A stretch of 64,000 nucleotides of DNA from Candidatus Nomurabacteria bacterium (GCA_020631975.1 JACKGO010000003.1:42973-106972), one strand, 5' to 3'. Positions 38,719-49,529 are shown, numbered from the stretch's first letter. Made by a program: numbers and translations. Notes: generated by a model not told the origin, from the letters alone.

Positions 38719-39777
38719 CTAGAATGTTGCAAGTGCAATATATAAAAGTGTTGTATTGTAGACACCTGGCTTCTGATTTCTATTAACATTAATGATATAA
38801 CTTGTCGTAAATTTTTTATCAGCAGTTGTGGTGTTACTACTTACGAGGGCTTGGCCATAAAAAAACTTAAACTGATTAGGAATATTATAGTCCGGAGCAA
38901 TAGTGCCACTGCCAGCACCAACAGGGTCGTTGCCAACGTCTGGGTTAGAATTATCTCGTAAATTTATACCGAACTGACTCACCCCTGTTTGCGAAGGACC
39001 TCGGGTGGTCATGGCTGGTATTACATTATTACCAGATGTGGGTGGTATACCAATAACATATACAACAAAACCAGCCCCAGCATTAGTGGCTACCAAAAAT
39101 TGTGAGGTACCTGTGCGTGTCTGGTTGGCAGACAATTCACCAAAATCAACAAAATTACCAACTGCGCCACTACATAAATAGCCCGGCAGTGTAACGGCGA
39201 CGCATAAATAAAGATATGGTGGAACATACGTTGCTATATCTATCGGTGGGGTGATCGCAAACGTGACACCACCTTCATTAACTGCTACACCGGTAGCGTC
39301 ATCACTACTATACGTTTGAATCCTACCAAAATATGTACCTTTGTTCGTCGGGTTTGTAATACCGCTTAACTCAATGCGTATATCAGCAGCATTAACAAAT
39401 GTGGGCACTCTTGTTAGTAATAAACTATTTGCAGTAGCACCTGGTGCTATAGTGAACCCACTTATTCCAGTTTGATTTGTGATTATAGCAGTAGAAGCGT
39501 CAAAGCCCACTGGCGGATCACATGGTTGCCCTATTAACGGCGTATTATCACAAAACAACAGTGTAAATGAACCGAGTACATAACCAGCGCCAGTCACACT
39601 AAACCCAACAGTATAGTTCACATTAGTCTGGGCAGGCCTTGGGTCTGCTATCTGTAAACTCCTACTAGGTAGCGATGTTTGGGCATAGCCCGTCGCCTGA
39701 ATAATTATTACAGCAAATAGCACCCCTATAATACTTAGGGATGCTACTGCAATAGTGTTTATTTTTGTAATTGCCAT
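38719..39777 (-). CDS. secreted fimbrial/WxL-like paralog C (352 aa)
   Basis: Signal peptide, then SRSLQIAD after the cleavage site, FCDNTPLIGQPC, VDFGEL, SQFGINLR and the C-terminal GVYNTTLLYIALATF*. The promoter-like sequence TTCATA-17-TACAAT ends only ~13 nt before the ATG. Confidence 0.5.
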   Translation of the reverse strand: MAITKINTIAVASLSIIGVLFAVIIIQATGYAQTSLPSRSLQIADPRPAQTNVNYTVGFSVTGAGYVLGSFTLLFCDNTPLIGQPCDPPVGFDASTAIITNQTGISGFTIAPGATANSLLLTRVPTFVNAADIRIELSGITNPTNKGTYFGRIQTYSSDDATGVAVNEGGVTFAITPPIDIATYVPPYLYLCVAVTLPGYLCSGAVGNFVDFGELSANQTRTGTSQFLVATNAGAGFVVYVIGIPPTSGNNVIPAMTTRGPSQTGVSQFGINLRDNSNPDVGNDPVGAGSGTIAPDYNIPNQFKFFYGQALVSSNTTTADKKFTTSYIINVNRNQKPGVYNTTLLYIALATF

Positions 39778-39833
39778 GATACTTACATATTGTATCAGTA
39801 AACAGGACCGTTATGAACTACTATAATAAGTAA

Positions 39834-41054
39834 CTAGTAGGTACCTGTTGCAATATAGTTAAGAGCCGTGGTGTAAATACCAGCCTCTGTCGTTAAGGCA
39901 GACTTAGCGGCGAATTCAAGGACGCTTTCTTCTTCATCGTTGGCGCCGGCTGTTGTCGCTACGGTGTCACCGTAAGCTGAACCAACTGTTGTGGCGTCGT
40001 TGGCGCCTGAACCAGCTGTGTTATCTGCATCCCAGCCATGGTTACCAGCAGCACATGCATATGGTGCACTAGCTGTTACAGCGGTACTAGGAGCAACTCG
40101 CATGCCGAATTGTTCTACAGTACTCGTAGTTGAGTCTGCTGTACATGCATCGTCAACAGCAGGACCAAAGGCAGTTATCGTGTTTGCACCGCTCGTAAGT
40201 ACTCCTTCGTTACCATTATTACTCCACATGCGGATGTTTACACCGCTTAAGGCATTACTAGATAGGTTAAAGTACGCACTTGCTGTAGAGACAGAGCTCG
40301 AGCTAAGTGGGGTGGTGGCATTTGGTATGTCTATAGCACTACCAGTGCCTGTTGCACAGTTTTGAGCAGGACCGTTAGTGTATAGGCAAAAACGAATGTT
40401 TTCCTGAACACGAGCAGTAACGGTAAGGTTATTGGTTGTGCTCATTGCAGCACCACCAACATCAAGATAACCGGTCGTGGCTTCACCATCTGTTGGATCA
40501 TAATTCGTTACTTCAGTATTGTCACTATACGTAATCATTCTGCCATAGAAAGTACCGACTTGGTTGCCGCCAGTAACGACATCTACATCTGATGGATTGG
40601 CGACACTCGCTACAACAATCGTCACTGTCTGGCCAGATGTTGCTGCTACACCTGTAGCATCAGTAGCTGTCAGTGTACGACCTCCGTTTGCAGACGCCCA
40701 TGTCCAGGTACTAATGTCCGTTGCATTTATAGTAGCCGACGTAATAGATGGCGAACCGCCCCACGTGAAGCTGCCTGGCTGTGAACAGGCCGTACCAATG
40801 AGTGGGCTGGTATTACCAGAACAGATATCTACGACGATACCTTTTACGGTTGCGGTTTGGGCAACATTAAATGTAACGGTGTATGAAACACCTGTAGCAC
40901 CTGTAGCTGAATTCGCTAATTGTATAGATCTACTTTGCAGCTGGGCTGCTTGGCTCGTGGCACTAAGTACAACGGGCACAACTAAAGCAAATCCAAACAA
41001 TAAAGCAGCAGCAATATGTGCTGGTCTTTTTATAAAAGCAATAGGGTTGGCCAT
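39834..41054 (-). CDS. secreted fimbrial/WxL-like paralog A (406 aa)
   Basis: Signal peptide, then SRSIQLANSATGATGVSYTVTF, DICSGNTSPLIGTAC, EQFGMRV and the C-terminal AGIYTTALNYIATGTY*. The SD is AAGGAG. Confidence 0.5.
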   Translation of the reverse strand: MANPIAFIKRPAHIAAALLFGFALVVPVVLSATSQAAQLQSRSIQLANSATGATGVSYTVTFNVAQTATVKGIVVDICSGNTSPLIGTACSQPGSFTWGGSPSITSATINATDISTWTWASANGGRTLTATDATGVAATSGQTVTIVVASVANPSDVDVVTGGNQVGTFYGRMITYSDNTEVTNYDPTDGEATTGYLDVGGAAMSTTNNLTVTARVQENIRFCLYTNGPAQNCATGTGSAIDIPNATTPLSSSSVSTASAYFNLSSNALSGVNIRMWSNNGNEGVLTSGANTITAFGPAVDDACTADSTTSTVEQFGMRVAPSTAVTASAPYACAAGNHGWDADNTAGSGANDATTVGSAYGDTVATTAGANDEEESVLEFAAKSALTTEAGIYTTALNYIATGTY

Positions 41055-41110
41055 GCTTTTTCTCCTTTTTATTGTTTTTTGGTTTTTAATTTAAGTTAAT
41101 ATACAAATAT

Positions 41111-41139
41111 ACATTAGCAGTTTATGAATAATAGTTCAA
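41111..41139 (-). promoter_or_regulatory. promoter of paralog A
   Basis: The minus strand reads TTGAAC (41134-39), 17 nt, then TAATGT (41111-16). Confidence 0.45.
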
Positions 41140-41155
41140 CGCATTTATGCCTAAC

Positions 41156-41164
41156 TTATCCACA
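41156..41164. promoter_or_regulatory. perfect DnaA-box 9-mer TTATCCACA, 16 nt upstream of the -35 of paralog A
   Basis: The plus strand reads cTTATCCACAgg. The extended shared core with the second copy is CTGTGGATAA[GC]TT on the minus strand. Confidence 0.3.
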
Positions 41165-41169
41165 GGTGC

Positions 41170-41216
41170 TATAAAAGAAATAACGCATCCCCCTTACCAA
41201 AAATGGATGCGTTATT
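41170..41216 (-). terminator. strong rho-independent terminator after paralog B
   Basis: The minus strand reads AATAACGCATCC-(14-nt loop)-GGATGCGTTATT, a perfect 12-bp stem, followed by TCTTTTAT. Confidence 0.7.
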
Positions 41217-41286
41217 CTTAATTTTTACAATCCTCTATGTCTACATCATATATATGTCAGTCAAAACGTTGTTGTTATGTTACGTA

Positions 41287-42510
41287 CTAATAGGTACCTG
41301 TTGCAATATAGTTAAGAGCCGTGGTGTAAATACCAGCCTCTGTAGTGAGTGCAGATTTGGCAGCAAATTCTAATGTAGATTCACTTGCATCATTTGCACC
41401 TGCTGTTGTCGCTACGGTGTCACCGTAAGCTGAACCAACTGTCGTGGCGTCGTTGGCGCCAGAACCAGCTGTGTTATCTGCATCCCAACCATGGTTACCA
41501 GCAGCACAGTCATATGGAGCAGCAGCTGTTACGCTTGCGCCCTCGTTAATACGTAGCCCAAACTGTTCTACCGATGTATTACTTGAGTCTGCAGTACAAG
41601 CATCGTCTACAGCTGAACCAAATGGACTAATAGTGTATGCACCACTCGTGAGTACTCCATCATTACCATTATTACTCCACATACGTATATTCACACCGCT
41701 TAATGCGTTACTTGATACGTTAAAGTAGGCATTTGCAGTAGAAACGCTGTTAGCGTTAAGTGGCGTTGTGGCGTCTGGAATGTCTATAGCGTTACCCGTA
41801 CCTGTTGCACATGTTTGTGCAGGACCGTTAGTGTATAGGCAAAAACGAATGTTTTCTTGAACGCGGGCCGTAACAGTTAGATCGTTCGTGGTGCTCATTG
41901 CAGAACCACCAAAGTCAACTACGCCGGTTGCCGTCGTACCATTTGTTGCCAAATAGTTCGCAACTTGTGCACTGTCGTTAAATGTTAGCATCCTGCCGTA
42001 AAATGTACCGACTTGGTTACCACCAGTTACCGTGTCTACGTCTGATGGGTTGCTAACACCGCTTACCACAATAGTTACAACATCGCTAGCAGCTGTTGCT
42101 ACACCTGTAGCGTCGCTAAGCGTTAATGTGCGTCCTCCGTTAAGCAAACCTGCTGACCAGGTAGATACATCGTCTGAACCAATAAATGCAGAAACGATCG
42201 TTGGGGTGCCCCAGCTGAAGCTAGTTGGTGCTGTACACGCTACTCCAATTAATGGGCTCGAATCGCCTGCGCAGATATCTACGACGACACCTTCTAAGTT
42301 AGTACTTGCCGTAGCAAGTGTGAATTGAATTGTGTATTCCACGCTCGTGGCGCCTGTTGCAGAGTTCGATAATTGAACTGAGCGGCTCGATACCTGTGCA
42401 GCATCTGCTCTTCCGAGCATGACTATAGTTGGTAGCAAAGCAGCTACAGCTAAAATCGCTGCCGCAGCTACAGCGCCTGTGCGTGACACAATGCTTTGAG
42501 TTTTACTCAT
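41287..42510 (-). CDS. secreted fimbrial/WxL-like paralog B (407 aa)
   Basis: Signal peptide, then SRSVQLSNSATGATSVEYTIQF, DICAGDSSPLIGVAC, EQFGLRI and the C-terminal AGIYTTALNYIATGTY*. Confidence 0.5.
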   Translation of the reverse strand: MSKTQSIVSRTGAVAAAAILAVAALLPTIVMLGRADAAQVSSRSVQLSNSATGATSVEYTIQFTLATASTNLEGVVVDICAGDSSPLIGVACTAPTSFSWGTPTIVSAFIGSDDVSTWSAGLLNGGRTLTLSDATGVATAASDVVTIVVSGVSNPSDVDTVTGGNQVGTFYGRMLTFNDSAQVANYLATNGTTATGVVDFGGSAMSTTNDLTVTARVQENIRFCLYTNGPAQTCATGTGNAIDIPDATTPLNANSVSTANAYFNVSSNALSGVNIRMWSNNGNDGVLTSGAYTISPFGSAVDDACTADSSNTSVEQFGLRINEGASVTAAAPYDCAAGNHGWDADNTAGSGANDATTVGSAYGDTVATTAGANDASESTLEFAAKSALTTEAGIYTTALNYIATGTY

Positions 42511-42565
42511 TGCAATCGGTCTCCTTGTTGTTACTTGTTATATTTATTTTGGTTGGGGTACCTTT

Positions 42566-42592
42566 ACTATACCATAAGCGTGTATAATTCAA
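42566..42592 (-). promoter_or_regulatory. promoter of paralog B (extended -10)
   Basis: The minus strand reads TTGAAT (42587-92), 15 nt, then TGG-TATAGT (42566-71). Confidence 0.4.
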
Positions 42593-42609
42593 TACACTTT
42601 ACAGTAAAG

Positions 42610-42618
42610 TTATCCACA
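42610..42618. promoter_or_regulatory. second perfect DnaA-box 9-mer TTATCCACA, 17 nt upstream of the -35 of paralog B
   Basis: The plus strand reads gTTATCCACAgt. It lies immediately after the stop codon of paralog D. Confidence 0.3.
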
Positions 42619-42620
42619 GT

Positions 42621-43370
42621 CTAAAACGTACCGGTTGCAACCAAGTTATGGTTCATAACGTATACACCACCTGGTGTGGTGGACTTTATATTCATTAGAT
42701 ATGTCATTGTATATTGGGTAATGCCACTACTTTTATCGCTATAGGCAATGGTATCGTTTTTTACATACTTATACTGATTTGGTGTGTCATACCCAGTTGA
42801 TACTTGGCCAAAGCTAAAAGAGGCGTCAGGCAGTTGTACTGGATCTGCACCAGCAGTGTTTGGGCTGGTGTTACTCCGCAAGTTTATACCAAACTGCTCT
42901 GTGCCTGGGCTAGACGATGCGGTAGCAGGCATATTGGCCATGGTATATGACGCATTTGTGGGCGGATCTGAAATAGTACTTACTACGTAGCCACTGGCCA
43001 AATAGGCCTTAACAGTAAAGGTGGCTGTTCCTGTACTCGCAGATGCAGTAGTTAGGGTACCAAGATCTACATTGACAGCATTAACAACAAATTCTAAGAA
43101 AGGCACTTCTGTAGTGGTAAAGCCTCCGTAAAGTTGGTATAGGCTACTCGCTGAATTACCTACACCAGTGTCGCCAAGAGACGCTCTAGCATTATAATTT
43201 GCGCTGTTTGCATCATTGACGCCACCTGCGCCAAAAAAGACTTCATCTACACCATAGTTAGGCGATACGTAGGTAGGCGCAGCGTAAGCACGAGCTAAAA
43301 AGCCCGGGAGCGCTACAAGACTTAAGGCGATGGTAATGATACTAGTGCGGACTAGTGTTTGTTTTCTCAT
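42621..43370 (-). CDS. secreted fimbrial/WxL-like paralog D (249 aa, short form)
   Basis: Signal peptide (ARAYA/AP), then VDLGTL, EQFGINLRSN and the C-terminal GGVYVMNHNLVATGTF*. Confidence 0.5.
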   Translation of the reverse strand: MRKQTLVRTSIITIALSLVALPGFLARAYAAPTYVSPNYGVDEVFFGAGGVNDANSANYNARASLGDTGVGNSASSLYQLYGGFTTTEVPFLEFVVNAVNVDLGTLTTASASTGTATFTVKAYLASGYVVSTISDPPTNASYTMANMPATASSSPGTEQFGINLRSNTSPNTAGADPVQLPDASFSFGQVSTGYDTPNQYKYVKNDTIAYSDKSSGITQYTMTYLMNIKSTTPGGVYVMNHNLVATGTF

Positions 43371-43394
43371 ACGTATCTTTTGCTTATACTACAT

Positions 43395-43423
43395 ATTGTA
43401 TACTGCTTATGAATCTTGTGCAA
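43395..43423 (-). promoter_or_regulatory. promoter of paralog D
   Basis: The minus strand reads TTGCAC (43418-23), 17 nt, then TACAAT (43395-400). Confidence 0.5.
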
Positions 43424-43491
43424 ATTGCTAGCGCTTATATATAGTATTTGTTACAATAGTAGGCAATTAAAGGTGGTTAAATCACAAAAAA

Positions 43492-44511
43492 ATGGAAGAC
43501 AATAAACCAAACCCACAAGACACAAGTGAAACCGTAGAGCCTACGTCAACAGAAATAGAACAAGGCAGTACTTCTACAGAAGCAAGTGAATCGCTAGACG
43601 CGACTGTTAATAAAAATACCGAAACAACTGATGACACACAACGATTTATTCCTAAAAAAGGCATTGGCCAGCGTGTTCAAAAAACAGTCAGTGGCATCAA
43701 TATATATATGCTTTTGTTTATTTTAGTGCTTTTTATTGTTGCGTTTATTGGATTTGCAAGCTATTCCAGTAATAAAAAGGCCGAAAATCAGTCTGTTATT
43801 AACGGTCAAGAACTTAGCCAGCAAGACCTAGAAAATCTGGCTTCTAGTGACCAACAGGTAGGAGATGCTCAGCAGACCCTGACAATTGCTTCTAATGCCG
43901 TGTTTAATGGCCGAGTGTTAGTACGTAACGACCTTGATGTAGCAGGTACTATACGGGTTGGTGGTGCACTGAGCTTGCCGGGTATTACCGTATCTGGAAC
44001 AAGTGCGTTCGAAAACGTGCAAGTTGCCAATAACTTATCAATCGCTGGTAATTCTGCCGTACAAGGTACTCTCACTGTTCAACAGAACCTCAGTGTTGGC
44101 GGCAGTGCAAGTTTTGCCGGCCAAATATCCGCTCCGTCTCTTAGTGTGGAACGATTGATTTTAAACCAAGATTTACAAATTAACCGGCACATAGACGCAG
44201 GTGGTCCTACACCTGTCGCATCACGCGGAAGCGCTGTTGGTGGAGCAGGTACAGTAAGCGTAAGTGGTACTGACACAGCAGGTACCGTAAGTATCAATTT
44301 TGGACCAGGCTCGGCTGCTGGTATTATTGCAAGCATTAACTTTGCTAATAATTTTTCACAGACACCCCACGTTGTTATTACACCGGTAGGGTCAAGTTGT
44401 GCTAATTTAAACTATTACGTAAACCGTACTACTGGTGGATTTAGTATCGGGACCACAAATGCTGGGGGTCCTGGTACGAGCTGCGCCTTTGATTATATTG
44501 CCATTGATTAA
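43492..44511 (+). CDS. bitopic membrane protein with extracellular beta-helix-like repeats
   Basis: 339 aa. It has an acidic, probably disordered N-terminus and a TM helix (INIYMLLFILVLFIVAFIGFA). Degenerate repeats follow (VAGTIRVGGALSLPG, VANNLSIAGNSAVQG, VQQNLSVGGSASFAG) and then a Gly/Thr-rich C-terminal domain. Confidence 0.5.
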   Translation: MEDNKPNPQDTSETVEPTSTEIEQGSTSTEASESLDATVNKNTETTDDTQRFIPKKGIGQRVQKTVSGINIYMLLFILVLFIVAFIGFASYSSNKKAENQSVINGQELSQQDLENLASSDQQVGDAQQTLTIASNAVFNGRVLVRNDLDVAGTIRVGGALSLPGITVSGTSAFENVQVANNLSIAGNSAVQGTLTVQQNLSVGGSASFAGQISAPSLSVERLILNQDLQINRHIDAGGPTPVASRGSAVGGAGTVSVSGTDTAGTVSINFGPGSAAGIIASINFANNFSQTPHVVITPVGSSCANLNYYVNRTTGGFSIGTTNAGGPGTSCAFDYIAID

Positions 44512-44544
44512 AACAACAACGTAGTTTTACAAAATAAGCGATAC

Positions 44545-44859
44545 CTAGACATCTAAGAAAACAACCACGTCGTTTGCTTTTACTTGCATGATTCCACGGG
44601 TTATTTTAATCTTCTCTGGCTCTTTGTCTTCTGTAGATGTACGAATAGTGAGCTCACACGGGTTAAGTAATGTTAAAAAGTTATGATGGTTTGCCAAGAT
44701 ATCAAACGGGCCTGTGCCGTTTTCTGCTGAAATACTTGCCACTACTCCTTCATAATACACCTTGAATGGTGCATAGACTTTTAAGTGAAATTTGTCTTTT
44801 GGCACAGCATCATTTGCGTCCGATGTAGTTGCATGGGGGGTGCTTTGCTTTTTTGCCAT
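44545..44859 (-). CDS. atpC: F1 ATPase epsilon subunit, beta-sandwich only
   Basis: 104 aa. GPFDILANHHNFLTLLNPCELTI...GIMQVKANDVVVFLD matches the epsilon N-domain. There is no C-terminal helical hairpin, and there is a ~25-aa N-terminal extension. Confidence 0.7.
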   Translation of the reverse strand: MAKKQSTPHATTSDANDAVPKDKFHLKVYAPFKVYYEGVVASISAENGTGPFDILANHHNFLTLLNPCELTIRTSTEDKEPEKIKITRGIMQVKANDVVVFLDV

Positions 44860-44876
44860 AATGGTTTTTCACTAAC

Positions 44877-47028
<2,152 letters not shown>

Positions 47029-47032
<4 letters not shown>

Positions 47033-48456
47033 TTCTTCATCTCCAGTAAGCTCTTCTTTTTTAACTGCGCTTTTGTTTCATCGTAGTTGCTGTCATCTTC
47101 TTTTACTTTTGCGGCGAGTTCACCACTCAACGATTTGAGTGTTTGTAAATCAAGTAGTTCACCATCTTCTAGATCTAGCACAATTTCAAACATTAACTGT
47201 TGGGCCATAACACTAAAAGTTTCGGTTGGGGTTTGTGTCATAAGTTCGAATATAATTTTACCTGTATTTAAATCACGCTTTGCCTCGATGGCAAGTTCAG
47301 AGCCAAATCGTGAGAATTCGAGTGCTTGGCGGTATGACCCGAGTGTTTTCATAACCCGAGCAGCAATTTCGTGTTGGCGTTTATTATGGCCAACACCACC
47401 GACACGCGTTACGCTTAACCCAGTGTTTAAGGCGGGCCTAATACCGTCACGGAATATATCCATGTCTAGGATCCATTGTCCATCGGTAATAGACATGATA
47501 TTGGTCGGTAAATACGCTGTGATATCACCCCCAGCAGCATGTACCATCGGAAACGACGTCAGTGTTTTTGTGTTGCGTGCTAAGCGGCCAGCTCTTTCTA
47601 GTAAACTACTGTGTGCATAAAACATATCACCGGGGTAAGAATCACGACCAGGGCTGACTCCCGCTAGTAATGAAATTTCACGGTGTGCCATAGCATGGCT
47701 AGTGAGATCGTCGTATATGATAATGGCGTCTTGGTCTAAGTCTTGCCAAAAATATTCCGCCATAGAACAACCTATATATGGCGCTAAGTAGCTAAGGACC
47801 AAAGATTCAAACAATGTAGACACAATAACAATTGTATTTTTTAAAGCGTCTTCTTCTTGGAGGCGACCAAGCAACAAATCAACATCAGCACGACGTTTGG
47901 CAATAAGCACGTACACCGTGGGTATGTTTGTTGACTTTTGATGCAAAGCTAATTGAGTGACGAGCGTACTCTTACCAGATTTACTATCGCCAAGGAGTGC
48001 CATACGCTGGCCTTTAACAATAGGGAACAAACTATCTATAGAAATAATGCCTGTTTCTAATTGGTCTGAAAGCTGTTTTCGCTGATAAATAGGAGGAGCA
48101 CTGTTAAAAACCGGTCTGGTCGCATCTGCTGCTATTGGGCCTTTACCATCAAGTGGTTCACCCATAACATTTATTACCCGGCCTATAAAATCCTTGCCAA
48201 CCTTACAGACCAGCTCATTGTGCTGCATCACCGCTGTCATACCAACGGTCAGCGTACTATCGCCTAAATGCAGTACTTCAACATGATCATCATATATGTA
48301 CTGTACAAAGCCTTTTGACCCATCTTCAAACAGCACTAAACTGTGCTGGTTTACCGGGTGCATACCCCGTAAGCGCACAAGATATCTATCAACACCAATT
48401 ACCTCTCCAATTGGATGCCCTTTATCTATTAAAAAATCAAAATGTCTAGTAGGCAC
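47029..48456 (-). CDS. atpA: F1 ATPase alpha subunit (divergent P-loop)
   Basis: 475 aa with [40 protein letters not shown] and ITDGQWIL. The P-loop is GDSKSGKST rather than GDRQTGKT. Confidence 0.85.
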
Positions 48457-48919
48457 GCTGCAAGGCCTCCCCTAATTTGTGCCGGTTGGCATATAAATGA
48501 CGCCGTAAGCTAAAATCAAACTGATGGTTCGGTGTGCGAACTACTACCCCAGCAGCAATTGTTGGTTGCAGTCCAACTTGAATAACTATGAACGGATCTA
48601 TTTCTTTACGGAACCAAACAATCAGTCGCTCAAGAATATCGGCTGATGGTTCGGTTGGAAAACTAATGTGTACACTTGGAGCGTGTTCTTTAATTGTGTC
48701 TATTTTTTGCAGGAGTCTTTCGCAGCTTTTTGGGTCGCGCATGTCAATCTGGTTAAGGACGGCCAAGGCTCGTAACTGATCTGAAATAGCAGGATATTTA
48801 ACCGGATTATCATGGCGCATAATGCTTTGCGTAGATACGTCAATAAAGCTCCGTATTTCTCTATGTAATCGGATGATGTCTTTTCTGCTGGCAATGGTAG
48901 TCGGCAGTTTAAGATCCAC
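48446..48919 (-). CDS. atpH: F-ATPase delta (OSCP) subunit
   Basis: 157 aa. The C-terminal [28 protein letters not shown] matches the OSCP consensus (..D.sliGG..v..g....D.S.r..L). Confidence 0.6.
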   Translation of the reverse strand: MDLKLPTTIASRKDIIRLHREIRSFIDVSTQSIMRHDNPVKYPAISDQLRALAVLNQIDMRDPKSCERLLQKIDTIKEHAPSVHISFPTEPSADILERLIVWFRKEIDPFIVIQVGLQPTIAAGVVVRTPNHQFDFSLRRHLYANRHKLGEALQRAY

Positions 48920-49529
48920 TCTTAATATCCTCCATAATGGCCTGTTTGTTTTCTTCTAAATACCCAAAGATGTAATCAAGTTGTACAGTTAGGTCAATTT
49001 CATTACCAATTGCCTCTAGGATGTAGTGATTTACTATATCTGCCATGTTTTTTTCAAAACTACTAAGCATACGTGCTTTTTCGGCAGCAGCTTCATCTGT
49101 CATTTGTTTTTCTAGTACAAGACGTTGTTGTTCTATCACTGCTTGCGTTTTTTCTATACTTTCGAGAGCCAAATCTTTCGCGGTTGTGATTGATTCTTCG
49201 TACTTAGAGAACTCTGACTGTAGAGTACGCTTAATTTCTGTCTTCATGTATTCATTTAACTGGGTGGTGGTCAGGCGTAAATCTTGTTGTAAAAACATGG
49301 CGTTTTCACCAATAATTTTTTCGAAGTGTAAACGGCCTCTGTTACGAAGTTCTTCTCTAAACTCTTCATCAAATATTTTATCTACACCAGTTTTGGCGGT
49401 ATTGGCCAACTGCGTGTCTATGTCACGGCCTGATTGTTCAGTTTTTTCACTACGTAATATAAACCATATAAATACGGCGCCACCAACAACAAGCGCTGCT
49501 ATGATAAGTGCGATAGTTGTTGTTGTCAT
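48909..49529 (-). CDS. atpF: F-ATPase b-like peripheral-stalk subunit
   Basis: 206 aa with one N-terminal TM (IALIIAALVVGGAVFIWFIL) followed by a long charged helix. The position and architecture fit subunit b. The sequence itself is not diagnostic. Confidence 0.5.
   Translation of the reverse strand: MTTTTIALIIAALVVGGAVFIWFILRSEKTEQSGRDIDTQLANTAKTGVDKIFDEEFREELRNRGRLHFEKIIGENAMFLQQDLRLTTTQLNEYMKTEIKRTLQSEFSKYEESITTAKDLALESIEKTQAVIEQQRLVLEKQMTDEAAAEKARMLSSFEKNMADIVNHYILEAIGNEIDLTVQLDYIFGYLEENKQAIMEDIKSGS

Larger units (their letters stand above)
39834..42510 (-). repeat. tandem gene duplication (paralogs A and B, constant 1453-bp register)
   Basis: Near-identical DNA blocks occur at 39834-39890/41287-41343, 39950-40054/41403-41507 and around 40368-40405/41821-41858. 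The 5' halves are much more diverged. Confidence 0.8.

Noticed and set aside
41156-42618. Interpreting the two perfect DnaA boxes as a replication origin.
   Set aside because: There are only two boxes, 1.45 kb apart and separated by a full gene. There is no AT-rich unwinding element, no box cluster, and no dnaA/dnaN nearby. Their promoter-proximal placement fits a regulatory site better.
36686-44511. Assigning the surface locus to a known pilus type (type IV, sortase-dependent or chaperone-usher).
   Set aside because: There is no prepilin G/FTLxE leader or PilB/C/D-type gene, and no LPXTG or pilin motif on the subunits. There is also no usher-sized outer-membrane protein, and the organism appears monoderm.
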